Shown here: piece after piece, positions 50,579 to 60,424 of the stretch | Numbering within the stretch: the stretch's first letter is position 1 | Layout of the letters: the number at the start of each line of letters is the position of its first letter | Assembly: GCA_947258585.1 (NCBI GenBank) | Contig: CAMYIZ010000016.1 | Span: forward strand, 12,085 to 76,084 | Length of the DNA stretch: 64,000 nt | Source: an uncultured Haliea sp. | Lineage (GTDB): Bacteria > Pseudomonadota > Gammaproteobacteria > Pseudomonadales > Halieaceae | Direction of reading: 5' to 3' | Translations under genes and position numbers: made by a program | The notes under the pieces: model-generated | The model's input: only the letters and a program-made list of their open reading frames with translations | Told to the model about the DNA's origin: nothing | Databases searched by the model: none

Positions 50579-53047
50579 TTAGAAGCGGTACTGGATCTCT
50601 GCGCCATACATCCGCGGCGGCGCCACCGCGAAACCACCGGTTCCGGATGACTCCACCAGCGCTATGCCGCCGTTGATGTAGTCCTCGTCCGTGAGGTTGG
50701 TGCCATAGAGAGCCGCGCTCCAGCGCTCGTCCGGGGACAGCCAGCTGAGGCGGGCGCTGAGTTCGAACTGCTCGTCCTCGAACCAGATGCCGGTGGTGCA
50801 GCTCAAGGCATCAAAGCAGAATTCCATGTCGAATTTCCAGCTCGCCTGGATCCTCGGCACAAAAGTCCCATAGGCGGTTTCCAGGTTGTACTGGGCCGAC
50901 AGCAGGTAGCTCTGGTCGGCCAGGCGCGGCAGGTTTTCCGCAGAGCGGTCGTTGGGGCAGGAATCGACCTGGAGCAGGCTCAGGTTCGCGCGCACGCAGC
51001 CCGCTGCCGGTGGCGCGGAGAGGTCGGCAATGGTGATCTGCTCGTCCATGAACTCCTTGATTTCGCCGTCGGTGATGGTCGCGTTGAAACCGATGATCAG
51101 ATTGTCAGTCGCCAGCCAGGTGCTCTCCAGCTCAAAGCCCTTGATGGTGGATTCCGCGGCGTTGATAGTGGCCGGGGACGGTGAATTGACCTCCGGGTTG
51201 ATCACCAGTGTGGTGAGCTGGCGATTGGTGTAATCCGTGTAGAACAGGGCCCCGTTCAGACGCAGGCGACGCTGCAGCAGATCCAGCTTGAACCCCAGTT
51301 CGATGTTCTCCACTTCCTCGGGCTCGAAGCGCTCCAGTTCCCCGGTGGGGGATTCGGACAGGCCGCCGGAGAGGAAGCCCTCGCTGTAGGTCAGGTACAG
51401 GCTACCCTGGTCCAGCCAGCGGTTCTCGCCGATCAGGTACTGGATGCTGGCCATCGGCGTGACATTGTTGTTGGAGACCTTGCGCTGGCGGACGCCGGCC
51501 TCGACCAGCGAGAACCCGGGGTTGTACTCGAACCCGGGCCGCTGGACCACAAACAGGCCGCCGCCCACGGGGATTGCGGAGCCGCCATTGAGGTCCAGGG
51601 TGGAGGGATCGATCGCCAGGTCCTGGATCTTCAGCTCGCGGCTCTCATCGGTGTAACGCAGCCCGAGAGTCGCCCGCCACCGGGGATTGAATTCCCACTC
51701 CAGCTGGGCATAGGCGGCCACCGCATCGTTGTTGGCGGTCTGAGTGTCGGAGGAGATGCTGAGAAAAAACAGGTTGGCGATTGCCGGATCGAACGGCCCC
51801 AGGAAACTGATGCTCTGGCGTCCCTTGCTCTCCTCCGCAAACCAGTACAGGCCGGTAACGTATTGCAGGCGGTCATCAAAAGCGCTGCCGATCAGCTGGA
51901 ACTCCTGGCTGTACTGGTCGCTCTCTCCGGCGCCGCCCTGCGGGTGCACAGTATTGGTACGGTGCAGGAAGGGGATTCCGGTGTGATCGAGCTCGTCGTT
52001 CTGCGACGCCTCGGTGTAACGGTAACCGCTGATGCTCTTCAAGCTCAGGTCGGAGCTCAGTGCCCATTCCGCCACCAGCGAGGCGCCCCGGTTTTCCGCC
52101 TTGTATTCGCCGCCCAGGTCGGAAATGATCGTGCGCGGATCACCGCCGCCCGCTTTGGCCGAGTCGTCACAGAAATCCGCCAGGGTGCGCCCCGTGGCGG
52201 GAACGATGGCTATGGTGTTGAACAGGGCGGCCTGCCAGCCGTTGGCCCCCTCCACATTGATACACTTCTGCGGCCGCATGCGCTGGTCGGTCTCGGCCCA
52301 GTTCAGGTTCAGGTCCAGGGTGAGATCGTCGCTGGCGGCCCAGCGGGTCTGCCAGATCAGGCTCTGGCGGTCCTCGTCCATGTAGTCCTTGCCGTCGAAC
52401 AGGTTCTCGATGTGTCCGTCGCGCTTGCGGGTGACGCCGGAGACGCGGGTCCACAGGGTATCGGTCAGCGGCAGGTTGAGGACAAACTCCGTATCCATGC
52501 GGTCGTAATTGCCGACCCGGAAGCCGACGGAGCCCTCGAACTCCTCCACGGGTTTGTTGGTGGTGAAGACCAGCGCCCCCCCGGTGGTGTTCTTGCCAAA
52601 CAGGGTGCCCTGGGGACCGCGCAACACCTGCACCGACTGGATATCGTTGAGGTCGAGCAGGGCCCCGTCGGGGCGACCGAGGTAGATGTCATCGATATAG
52701 ATGCCGACACCGGAATCGATATTCTCGCCGGTGTTGCGCTGGCCGACACCGCGGATATAGACACTGGCCAGCGGCGCCGAACCGTTCGCCTCCACCACAT
52801 CGATGTTGGGTGCCAGGCTGTTGAGGTCCGCCAGGTTGCGGACACCTGCCTCGCGCAGGCCCGCTGCATCCAGCGCGGTCACCGCCAGCGGCGTCTCCTG
52901 CAGGCTTTCCGCCCGCTTGCGGGCCGTAACCAGCACTTCCTCCAGTACCATCCCCTGGGCCAGCACCGGGGCCGGCACGGCACTCGCCACAGCAGCGGCA
53001 ACCGCTATCGACAGCACAGACCAGGGACCTGCAGCATGCTTCAACAT
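50579..53047 (-). CDS. TonB-dependent receptor
   Basis: Signal peptide, LEEVLVTARKR.ESLQETP, plug IRG.G..VLRGPQGTLFGKN, beta-barrel pattern, terminal YRF. Confidence 0.95.
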   Translation of the reverse strand: MLKHAAGPWSVLSIAVAAAVASAVPAPVLAQGMVLEEVLVTARKRAESLQETPLAVTALDAAGLREAGVRNLADLNSLAPNIDVVEANGSAPLASVYIRGVGQRNTGENIDSGVGIYIDDIYLGRPDGALLDLNDIQSVQVLRGPQGTLFGKNTTGGALVFTTNKPVEEFEGSVGFRVGNYDRMDTEFVLNLPLTDTLWTRVSGVTRKRDGHIENLFDGKDYMDEDRQSLIWQTRWAASDDLTLDLNLNWAETDQRMRPQKCINVEGANGWQAALFNTIAIVPATGRTLADFCDDSAKAGGGDPRTIISDLGGEYKAENRGASLVAEWALSSDLSLKSISGYRYTEASQNDELDHTGIPFLHRTNTVHPQGGAGESDQYSQEFQLIGSAFDDRLQYVTGLYWFAEESKGRQSISFLGPFDPAIANLFFLSISSDTQTANNDAVAAYAQLEWEFNPRWRATLGLRYTDESRELKIQDLAIDPSTLDLNGGSAIPVGGGLFVVQRPGFEYNPGFSLVEAGVRQRKVSNNNVTPMASIQYLIGENRWLDQGSLYLTYSEGFLSGGLSESPTGELERFEPEEVENIELGFKLDLLQRRLRLNGALFYTDYTNRQLTTLVINPEVNSPSPATINAAESTIKGFELESTWLATDNLIIGFNATITDGEIKEFMDEQITIADLSAPPAAGCVRANLSLLQVDSCPNDRSAENLPRLADQSYLLSAQYNLETAYGTFVPRIQASWKFDMEFCFDALSCTTGIWFEDEQFELSARLSWLSPDERWSAALYGTNLTDEDYINGGIALVESSGTGGFAVAPPRMYGAEIQYRF

Positions 53048-53092
53048 CAACCGTACCTCTCTGCTTATTGTTATTTATCGAGCGCACTCATC

Positions 53093-53108
53093 ACTAACGA
53101 TGATTAGT
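53093..53108. promoter_or_regulatory. Palindrome upstream of the TonB-dependent receptor
   Basis: ACTAA-cgatga-TTAGT in an AT-rich stretch about 45 nt upstream of the start codon. Confidence 0.4.
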
Positions 53109-53202
53109 CTTGATTAAAGCAGTCTTTCCCGCCACCGGGCAAGACGGCAAATTACCGCGATCGAAGCTGTCCCGCCTGCCCTTCAGCTTTTACCGGACTG
53201 GT

Positions 53203-53877
53203 TCAACTTTTACTGCCGGCAGCCAGGCCGACCGGACAGGACACGCCCGTGCCCCCGAGCCCGCAGTAGCCCCCCGGGTTCTTGGCCAGGTATTGCTGGT
53301 GGTACTCCTCGGCGTAGTAGAAAGGCGGCGCGGGCACTATCTCGGTGGTGATCGCCCCGAAGCCTCCCCGATCCAGCGCCTGCTGGAACTGCCCGCGGCT
53401 GAGTTCGGCCTCCCGCTGTTGCTCTGCTCCGTAGGTATAGATAGCCGAGCGGTACTGGGTGCCCAGATCATTGCCCTGGCGCATGCCCTGGGTGGGGTCG
53501 TGACCCTCCCAGAAACACCGCAGCAGTTCCCCATAGCTGATCGACGCCGGGTCGAATACGACCAGAACCACCTCGGTGTGTCCCGTCTGTCCGCTGCAGA
53601 CTTCCTGGTAGGTCGGGTTGGGCGTGTGGCCACCGGCATAGCCAGCCGCCGTGGTATACACCCCCGGCAACTGCCAGAACAGGCGCTCCACGCCCCAGAA
53701 ACAGCCCATGCCAAAAACCGCCTGTTGCAGTTGCTCCGGGAACGGTCCGGACAGCGGATGGCCGTTGACATGGTGCGCGGCGGGAACCGGCATCGCCACC
53801 GCCCTGCCCGGCAGGGCCGACTCGGCATCGGGAATGGCGCGCTTTTTGCGGATATCGAACAGGCTCACTGTTGTCAC
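53203..53877 (-). CDS. msrA: Peptide-methionine (S)-S-oxide reductase
   Basis: [50 protein letters not shown]. Confidence 0.98.
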   Translation of the reverse strand: MTTVSLFDIRKKRAIPDAESALPGRAVAMPVPAAHHVNGHPLSGPFPEQLQQAVFGMGCFWGVERLFWQLPGVYTTAAGYAGGHTPNPTYQEVCSGQTGHTEVVLVVFDPASISYGELLRCFWEGHDPTQGMRQGNDLGTQYRSAIYTYGAEQQREAELSRGQFQQALDRGGFGAITTEIVPAPPFYYAEEYHQQYLAKNPGGYCGLGGTGVSCPVGLAAGSKS

Positions 53878-54075
53878 CTCACTGCCAGAAAAGACCCAGT
53901 GTACTGCCCTTCCCCTCCCCGGTGTAGCCGGTGTAAGCTCGACTCACGCACGGATATACGGCCCGGCCACGCAGTTGTCACATTTATGCCCTAGTCTGCA
54001 GATGTCAGGGACCAGGCCAGCCGCGAACCATCGCCCCTGGCTGTGGTCCAACCGGCCGAGAAGAAGGAACTCAAG

Positions 54076-54267
54076 ATGAATACAGAAAACAGCACATTCG
54101 ATCCCGGCGCCCTGTGCAGCCGCAAGCTGTGGCGCATGGTCGCCGGCGAGGAAGACAACCAGGCCCTGGACGAGCGCAGCCTGCGTAAAGCCGTGGCCGA
54201 GCTGGCCGAACGCCGCCACTATCTCGCAGAACTGGAGCGCCTGGGCAAACTGGAACGCAGGCACTAG
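54076..54267 (+). CDS. Small hypothetical protein (63 aa)
   Basis: AAGGA SD; predicted helical; ends 12 nt before the VWA gene. Confidence 0.65.
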   Translation: MNTENSTFDPGALCSRKLWRMVAGEEDNQALDERSLRKAVAELAERRHYLAELERLGKLERRH

Positions 54268-54279
54268 CCCCGGATCACA

Positions 54280-54966
54280 ATGGCAAAACCGCCTGCCCGC
54301 AAGGCCAGCAGCAAGGATATCCAGGCTTTCCTCAGCAAGAGCAAGGCGGTGGCCACGTTCGCCGGGAAACATCCGCGCCTCCTGTTCGCCATAGACGCCA
54401 CCGCCAGTCGCGAGCCCACCTGGGCGATTGCCCGCCAATTGCAGTCCGACATGTTCACCAGCGCCGGCCGCCTGGCCTCGCTTTCCATACAACTCTGCTA
54501 CTACCGCGGCTTCCAGGAGTTTTACGCCAGCCCGTGGCTGCGCGACACCGAGGCCCTGGCCAGCCAGATGGCCGCTGTGCGCTGTGAGGGCGGGCACACC
54601 CAGATCGGGCGTCTGCTGAGCCACGCCCAGCGGGTGCACCGGGACGCACCGGTGCGGGCGCTGGTCTTCATCGGCGACGCGGTGGAAGAACTGCCCGACA
54701 GCCTCTGCAACCAGGCCGGCCAGTGCGGGCTGCTGAACTTGCCCTTGTTCCTGTTCCAGGAAGGCGATGACCCCATGGTTCGCAGCACCTTCCAGAGCAT
54801 GGCGCGGCTCAGCGGCGGCGCCTGGGCACGGTTTGATCACCGCAGCGCACACACCCTGGCAGAGTTGCTGGGTGCCGTGGCGCGCTTTGCCGCGGGCGGC
54901 CGGGCGGCGCTGGAGAATAACCCCGGGGAGGGTGCTAAACTGCTGCTCCAGCAACTCAAGCCCTGA
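54280..54966 (+). CDS. Stand-alone VWA domain protein
   Basis: RLLFAIDATASREPTW (DxTxS MIDAS), GGHTQI, LVFIGD. Confidence 0.85.
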   Translation: MAKPPARKASSKDIQAFLSKSKAVATFAGKHPRLLFAIDATASREPTWAIARQLQSDMFTSAGRLASLSIQLCYYRGFQEFYASPWLRDTEALASQMAAVRCEGGHTQIGRLLSHAQRVHRDAPVRALVFIGDAVEELPDSLCNQAGQCGLLNLPLFLFQEGDDPMVRSTFQSMARLSGGAWARFDHRSAHTLAELLGAVARFAAGGRAALENNPGEGAKLLLQQLKP

Positions 54967-54974
54967 GGACCGAC

Positions 54975-55688
54975 GTGCCGAAACTCCTGCTCCTGCTCGC
55001 CATCGCGCTCGCCCTCTACATCATGTTCATTCGCGCCCGGGCCCTGCCCCCCCATCTGCGCAAGGCCCAGTACCTGAAGCTCGGCATCGGCATAGCCGTG
55101 GCTGCGGTGTTGTTCCTGACTCTGACCGGACGCATGCACTGGGTCGGCGCTGCGCTGACCGGGCTGCTGGTTGCCGCGCGCCAGCTGCTGCCGCTTGCCA
55201 TCCGGCTGTTTCCCATGCTGTCGTCACTGCGCGGCAAGAGCGGAGCCGCCGGGGCCGGCCAGCACTCCACGGTGGAATCCGCCATCCTGCGCATGCACCT
55301 GGACCACGAGTCCGGCAAGCTCAGCGGCGAGGTGCTGCGGGGGCCGCTGCAGGACTGGCTGCTGGACGAGCTGGCGCGCAACCAACTGGAGGATCTTCTT
55401 CACTACTGCCAGCAGGAAGACAACGATTCCGTGCAACTGCTGCTCAGCTATCTGGAGCAGCGGTTTCCCGGGGAAACAGACTTTGGCAGCACGCGGCAGG
55501 CGCCGCCCGAGCCGGGCGGCCTGTCCCGTCGCGAAGCGCTGGCCGTGCTCGGCCTCGGGGAGGACGCCAGTGACGAGGACATCGTTCAGGCGCACCGGAA
55601 ATTGATGCAGAAGCTGCACCCGGACCGGGGCGGCAACGATTACCTGGCTGCAAAAATCAATCAGGCCAAGGATTTCCTGCTCGGCTAG
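54975..55688 (+). CDS. Membrane-anchored J-domain protein (Pam18/TimB-like J domain)
   Basis: N-terminal TM helices; C-terminal EALAVLGL..HRKLMQKLHPDRGGNDYLAAKINQAKDFL with intact HPD. Confidence 0.9.
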   Translation: MPKLLLLLAIALALYIMFIRARALPPHLRKAQYLKLGIGIAVAAVLFLTLTGRMHWVGAALTGLLVAARQLLPLAIRLFPMLSSLRGKSGAAGAGQHSTVESAILRMHLDHESGKLSGEVLRGPLQDWLLDELARNQLEDLLHYCQQEDNDSVQLLLSYLEQRFPGETDFGSTRQAPPEPGGLSRREALAVLGLGEDASDEDIVQAHRKLMQKLHPDRGGNDYLAAKINQAKDFLLG

Positions 55689-55735
55689 AATGGCCGCCAA
55701 CACGCAGCAACCGCCACAGAGGAACACGGTTTACC

Positions 55736-56050
55736 ATGAGTGAAGTATTTGTCATCCGCAACCAGCTGGGACACTACTGGGGCAAGGCCAGGGCCTGGGT
55801 CGACGGCCGGGACACCCGGGCGGTACAGCGCCTGAAGCATCACGACGAGGCCGTGAATCTGCTGTTTGAGCTGAGCAGCAAGGATGTGGACCTGCGCGGC
55901 GAGGTGGTCAGCGCGGCGTTGAATGAGCGCGGTGAGCCACTGCTGGAGCCGAGCGGCAACCCCCTGCCCCAGGCAGCCGCGACGGAGGAAGCAGCCGACG
56001 CGCCGCCCGCGGAACAGGAAGCCCTGGTTGACGGTCAAACCGGGGCTTGA
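55736..56050 (+). CDS. Hypothetical protein (104 aa)
   Basis: GAGG SD; globular N-part and acidic Ala/Pro tail; lies between the J protein and htpX. Confidence 0.7.
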   Translation: MSEVFVIRNQLGHYWGKARAWVDGRDTRAVQRLKHHDEAVNLLFELSSKDVDLRGEVVSAALNERGEPLLEPSGNPLPQAAATEEAADAPPAEQEALVDGQTGA

Positions 56051-56080
56051 TCAACCACCATTACGAGGTGCAACACTGAG

Positions 56081-56962
56081 ATGAGAATCCTGCTTTTCCT
56101 GGCCACCAACATCGCCGTACTGGTACTGGTGAGCCTGGTCTTCAACCTGCTCGGGCTGGAGGGCATCCTCGCCGCCAATGGCGTGGACCTCAATCTGGGC
56201 TCCCTGCTGGTCTTCTGCGCCGTGTTCGGCTTCGGCGGCTCGCTGATTTCCCTGTTCCTGTCCAAGTGGATGGCGAAGCGCGGCACCGGTACCCGGATCA
56301 TCGACACTCCCCGCACCCGCGATGAGCAGTGGCTGGTGGACACCGTGGGCGAACTGGCCCGGGAGGCCGGTATTGGCATGCCCGAAGTCGGCATTTTTCC
56401 GTCAGACGCCGCCAACGCCTTCGCCACCGGCTGGAATCGCAACGCCGCCCTGGTTGCGGTCAGCAGCGGCCTGCTGCAGCGTTTCAGCCGCGAGGAAACC
56501 CGCGCCGTGATGGCCCATGAAATCGGCCACGTGGCCAACGGCGACATGGTCACGCTGACCCTCATCCAGGGCGTGGTCAATACCTTCGTACTGTTCTTCG
56601 CGCGGATAATTGGTCACACCGTGGACCGGGTCGTGTTCAAGACCGAGCGCGGCTATGGCATCGGCTACTACGTGGTTTCTTTCATAGCCCAGATCGTGCT
56701 CAGCATCCTCGCCAGCATGATTGTGTTCTGGTTCTCGCGCTGGCGCGAGTACCGGGCTGACGCCGCGGGTGCCAGCCTGGCCGGCAACGCGGCGATGATT
56801 GGTGCGCTGCAGCGACTGCGCGCGGAACAGGGGCTGCCCCAGGACCTGCCGGGCGAGCTTACCGCGTTCGGCATCAGCGAGCAGTTGAAGGAAGGCCTGT
56901 CCGGCCTGTTCCGCTCGCATCCCCCGCTGGAGGACCGGATCAGGGCCCTGCAGCAGGGCTGA
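56081..56962 (+). CDS. htpX: Membrane zinc metalloprotease HtpX
   Basis: [25 protein letters not shown] (HExxH), [19 protein letters not shown]. Confidence 0.97.
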   Translation: MRILLFLATNIAVLVLVSLVFNLLGLEGILAANGVDLNLGSLLVFCAVFGFGGSLISLFLSKWMAKRGTGTRIIDTPRTRDEQWLVDTVGELAREAGIGMPEVGIFPSDAANAFATGWNRNAALVAVSSGLLQRFSREETRAVMAHEIGHVANGDMVTLTLIQGVVNTFVLFFARIIGHTVDRVVFKTERGYGIGYYVVSFIAQIVLSILASMIVFWFSRWREYRADAAGASLAGNAAMIGALQRLRAEQGLPQDLPGELTAFGISEQLKEGLSGLFRSHPPLEDRIRALQQG

Positions 56963-57653
56963 AGAGGTACTCGCTCATCGGCACCACATCGATCCTGTCG
57001 AAATCGATAAAGCGGGCGCAGCTTTCCATCATGGCCGTCTCATTGGCGGCCAGGGTGGCATCGTCCGCGGCCGCATAAAACGCGTGCCTGGATGTCATTG
57101 CCGCATCGGGGAAGTTCTCCTCGACCACGGCGTGCAACAGCGGGGCGTGTGCGTCCAGCGCACACACCACCAGATTCTGGCGATAGCCGAACGTGGACTG
57201 GGTGTCGATCGCCACCTGGCCGTGGCTACCTTTCCAGATCGAGAGCCAGGTTTCCTGATCAAGACGGGGGGGGCGCTGCAGCAGGGCTACCTGGCAGAAA
57301 CCCGGAACCCGGCCATCGGCCGCGGGCAGCTGGCTGCTGTTCACGATCGGCTCAGCCTCGGACACCAGCCAGGCACAGCTGCGCGCCACCAGGGCCGGCA
57401 CCAGGGCGGCGGGATCGGGCCGCCTCCAGGCGTCGTCCAGCCACAGGGAAAGCAGGGCGTCCGGCAGCGCGCCAGTGGTCTGCAGGCGCTTGTCCGCGGC
57501 CGCTGCCACCGCCCGGTCCGCCACCGCCAGCCGCAGGCCGCGCAGCGATGCCAGGGCCTGCAGCTGCGGCACCAACTGCTGCCGCAAACCCGCCCCGAAG
57601 TCGTCCGCGGTAACCGTGTCCTGCCGCCAGAGACTGTACAGTACCTTTTCCAT
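56940..57653 (-). CDS. EthD-like (dimeric alpha/beta barrel) tandem domain protein
   Basis: Two ferredoxin-like halves; W...[16 protein letters not shown]; VVEENFP; [13 protein letters not shown]. Confidence 0.7.
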   Translation of the reverse strand: MEKVLYSLWRQDTVTADDFGAGLRQQLVPQLQALASLRGLRLAVADRAVAAAADKRLQTTGALPDALLSLWLDDAWRRPDPAALVPALVARSCAWLVSEAEPIVNSSQLPAADGRVPGFCQVALLQRPPRLDQETWLSIWKGSHGQVAIDTQSTFGYRQNLVVCALDAHAPLLHAVVEENFPDAAMTSRHAFYAAADDATLAANETAMMESCARFIDFDRIDVVPMSEYLFSPAAGP

Positions 57654-57662
57654 GGCAAATCC

Positions 57663-58433
57663 TCAGGAAAGCCCCACCGGCGGCGTGATGGTCGCGGCAT
57701 TGTCGATCAGCATTTCGGCGCCGTTCACAAACCAGGACTCATCCCCCGCCAGGTACAGCACCATATGGGCAATATCCTCGGGGTTGCACATGTTGTTGCC
57801 CTGCAGGGACGCCACGTCCTCCGCACTCACGGCCTCCTTGCCGGTGGCCAGCCTGGCGACCATGGGCGTTCTCACGCCGTCCGGGTGCACCGAGTTGCAG
57901 CGGATGCGGTTGCCCTTTTCCTTGCAGTACATGGCCACCGACTTGGTGAGCGCCCGCACGGCGCCCTTGCTGGCACTGTAGGCCGCAGCGAAGGAGACAC
58001 CCTGAATCGCCGCCACCGAGGACATGTTGATGATGGAGCCGCCACCGCCCTGCTCCATCGCCGGGATAGCGTGTTTACAGCCGAGGAATACACCCTCCGA
58101 ATTGACTGCCTGCACTTTGCGAAAGGTCGCGAGATCCGTGTCCACGACCGACGCCGCGGTCAACAGGCCGGCGTTGTTGACCAGGATGTCGAGGCGACCG
58201 AATTCGTCCAGGGTGGCGGCGATCACACTGCGCCAGTTGTCCTCGTCGGTGACGTCCAGGCGCATGAAACGGGCCTGTCCACCGATACTCGCCGCGACGG
58301 CCTGGCCGTCGGTCTCGTTGAGGTCCGCGACCACGACCGAAGCGCCTTCCTGCGCCAGCAGGATCGCATCCGCCCTGCCCATGCCACTGGCCCCGCCCGT
58401 GACGATTGCCACCTTGCCCGCCACTCGTCCCAT
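57663..58433 (-). CDS. SDR oxidoreductase (3beta/17beta-HSD or cyclopentanol dehydrogenase-like)
   Basis: TGGASGMG, LVNNAG, YSASK, IRCNSVHPDG..TPM. Confidence 0.9.
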   Translation of the reverse strand: MGRVAGKVAIVTGGASGMGRADAILLAQEGASVVVADLNETDGQAVAASIGGQARFMRLDVTDEDNWRSVIAATLDEFGRLDILVNNAGLLTAASVVDTDLATFRKVQAVNSEGVFLGCKHAIPAMEQGGGGSIINMSSVAAIQGVSFAAAYSASKGAVRALTKSVAMYCKEKGNRIRCNSVHPDGVRTPMVARLATGKEAVSAEDVASLQGNNMCNPEDIAHMVLYLAGDESWFVNGAEMLIDNAATITPPVGLS

Positions 58434-58628
58434 CTCTGTCGCTCCCTGGCCGCACCGGACCCTGTTATCGTGTGTGAGCGCGGGAGTTAAGCAAAAGCCC
58501 CGGGAAAGCTCAATCGAGTCGCGGCAAAAGCGGAGCCCGTGGCTGCTCTGTTGAACCGGCCGCGGACCTCGCACCCGTCGCTCAGTAATAGTATTCTTGC
58601 CAACCCGATTCAATTGCGGAGCAAGCTC

Positions 58629-59357
58629 ATGTCACAGTCCCCCGGTTCCTCGCGACTGCTCACTGTGCTCAGCTATATCGCCCTGACCCTGCTGCTGGCA
58701 CTGCCGCTGGCGGTGGTGACCGTGCGGTCCGGCCTCTGGCAGCAGGGCTTGCTGCTGTACGCGGTCAGTTGTCTCGCCGCCGCCCTTGTCCTGCTGCTGT
58801 TGCTAATCCTGCTGGCGCTGCCGACGTACCGGCAGCAGGCCCGCCGCATCGGCCTGGCTGCGCTGCTGGTATTGCCCGGCACAGTCCTGTTCCTGTCCGT
58901 GCTGGCGAGCCGCGGGGACTACCCGCCCATTCACGACATCAGCACCGACCTCAGTGATCCACCCCGGTTCACCCATGCGCCCACGCTGCGCGGACCGGAC
59001 AGCAACAGCCTCGACATCAAACCCGACAGCCTGGGTGTGCAGCGCGAGGCCTACCCCGACCTGGAGAGCCTGCGCAGCCAGCGCACCGCCGGCAACGCCT
59101 ACCGCCACGCGCTTGGCGTGGCAGAGGGACTGGGCTGGGAGATCACCTGGCAGGACCCCGACAGCGGCCACATCGAGGCGGTGGAGACCACCGCGATCAT
59201 GGCCTTCAGGGACGACATCGTCATCCGCATTCGCTCCACCGCCGACGGCAGCGTGATTGACCTGCGCTCCGTCTCCCGGGTCGGTGTCGGTGATATCGGC
59301 GCCAACGCCCAGCGCATTCGTGCCTTTATCGACGCCTTCACCCGGCAGGGGGCCTGA
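58629..59357 (+). CDS. DUF1499 domain protein
   Basis: 3 TM then PPIHDISTD..DPP.F; IEAVETT.IMAFRDDIVIR; IDLRSVSRVG.GD.G.NA.RI. Confidence 0.88.
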   Translation: MSQSPGSSRLLTVLSYIALTLLLALPLAVVTVRSGLWQQGLLLYAVSCLAAALVLLLLLILLALPTYRQQARRIGLAALLVLPGTVLFLSVLASRGDYPPIHDISTDLSDPPRFTHAPTLRGPDSNSLDIKPDSLGVQREAYPDLESLRSQRTAGNAYRHALGVAEGLGWEITWQDPDSGHIEAVETTAIMAFRDDIVIRIRSTADGSVIDLRSVSRVGVGDIGANAQRIRAFIDAFTRQGA

Positions 59358-59363
59358 TCCGGT

Positions 59364-60422
59364 ATGACGACCAGCGCCCGGAAGATCTGCAGCCTGCTGC
59401 TTGTTCTGCTGCTGCCGACCGCGGCAACAGCAGCAGTGGACTACCTGAGTTTTGCCACCGAAGACGAAGCCAACAGCACCGAGATATTCCGCAAGGCCAG
59501 TCCGGCAGTGGTTTTCGTCACCAACAAGGCCCTGCGCCGGGACCTGTTTTCGCTCAACGTGCACGAAATTCCCCGCGGTTCCGGCACCGGCTTCGTCTGG
59601 GACACCAGCGGACTCATTGTGACCAACTATCACGTTATCGCCGGCGCCCACCGCCTGACCGTCACTTTCCAGGACCAGACTGAATTCGACGCGGAGGTGA
59701 TCGGGGTGGCACCGGAAAAGGACCTCGCCGTGCTGCGTATCGAGAACCCGCCGGCAAGCCTGACCAAATTGCCCGTGGGCGATTCCTCCGAGCTCAGCGT
59801 CGGCCGCAAGGTACTGGCCATCGGCAACCCCTTCGGCCTCGATACCACCCTGACTACGGGCGTGGTCAGCGCCCTCGGGCGCGAGATCCGGGCGCCCGGC
59901 AATCGCACCATTCGCGGCGTAATCCAGACCGATGCGGCCGTTAACCCGGGTAATTCCGGCGGACCGTTGCTGAACTCGCTGGGCCAGCTGGTCGGTGTGA
60001 ACACCGCCATCTACAGCCCCAGCGGCGCCAGCGCCGGTATCGGCTTCGCGATCCCGGTAAACACGGTGAAGGAAGTGGTGCCGCAGCTGATCAGCTATGG
60101 CCGCATGCTGCGGCCCATCATGGGTCTCGAGCTGGCCAGTGACAGCTGGATACGCCGTTACCGCATCAGGGGCCTGCCCGTGGTCCGGGTCTTCCAGGGC
60201 CTGCCCGCGGACCAGGCGGGTATTCGCGGGGCGTATCGCAATGCGCGCGGCGAAATCCTGCTCGGCGACATCATCGTCGCTGTCAACGGCAAGCCGGTGC
60301 GCAGCAACGATGACTATCTGAGCCTGCTGGAAGCACAGCGTCCCGGGGACAGGGTGACGGTAACCCTGCGCAATGGTGACGAGCAGCGGGAGGTCAGCGT
60401 CGTCCTCACCGAATCACAGTAG
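59364..60422 (+). CDS. HtrA/Deg family serine protease with one PDZ domain
   Basis: Signal peptide; GSGTGFVWD, TNYHVI (His), DLAVL (Asp), IQTDAAVNPGNSGGPL (Ser); single PDZ. Confidence 0.95.
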   Translation: MTTSARKICSLLLVLLLPTAATAAVDYLSFATEDEANSTEIFRKASPAVVFVTNKALRRDLFSLNVHEIPRGSGTGFVWDTSGLIVTNYHVIAGAHRLTVTFQDQTEFDAEVIGVAPEKDLAVLRIENPPASLTKLPVGDSSELSVGRKVLAIGNPFGLDTTLTTGVVSALGREIRAPGNRTIRGVIQTDAAVNPGNSGGPLLNSLGQLVGVNTAIYSPSGASAGIGFAIPVNTVKEVVPQLISYGRMLRPIMGLELASDSWIRRYRIRGLPVVRVFQGLPADQAGIRGAYRNARGEILLGDIIVAVNGKPVRSNDDYLSLLEAQRPGDRVTVTLRNGDEQREVSVVLTESQ

Positions 60423-60424
60423 GC

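Noticed and set aside
56040-56080. Sigma32 promoter for htpX
   Set aside because: CTTGAT..CCAT spacing is far too short.
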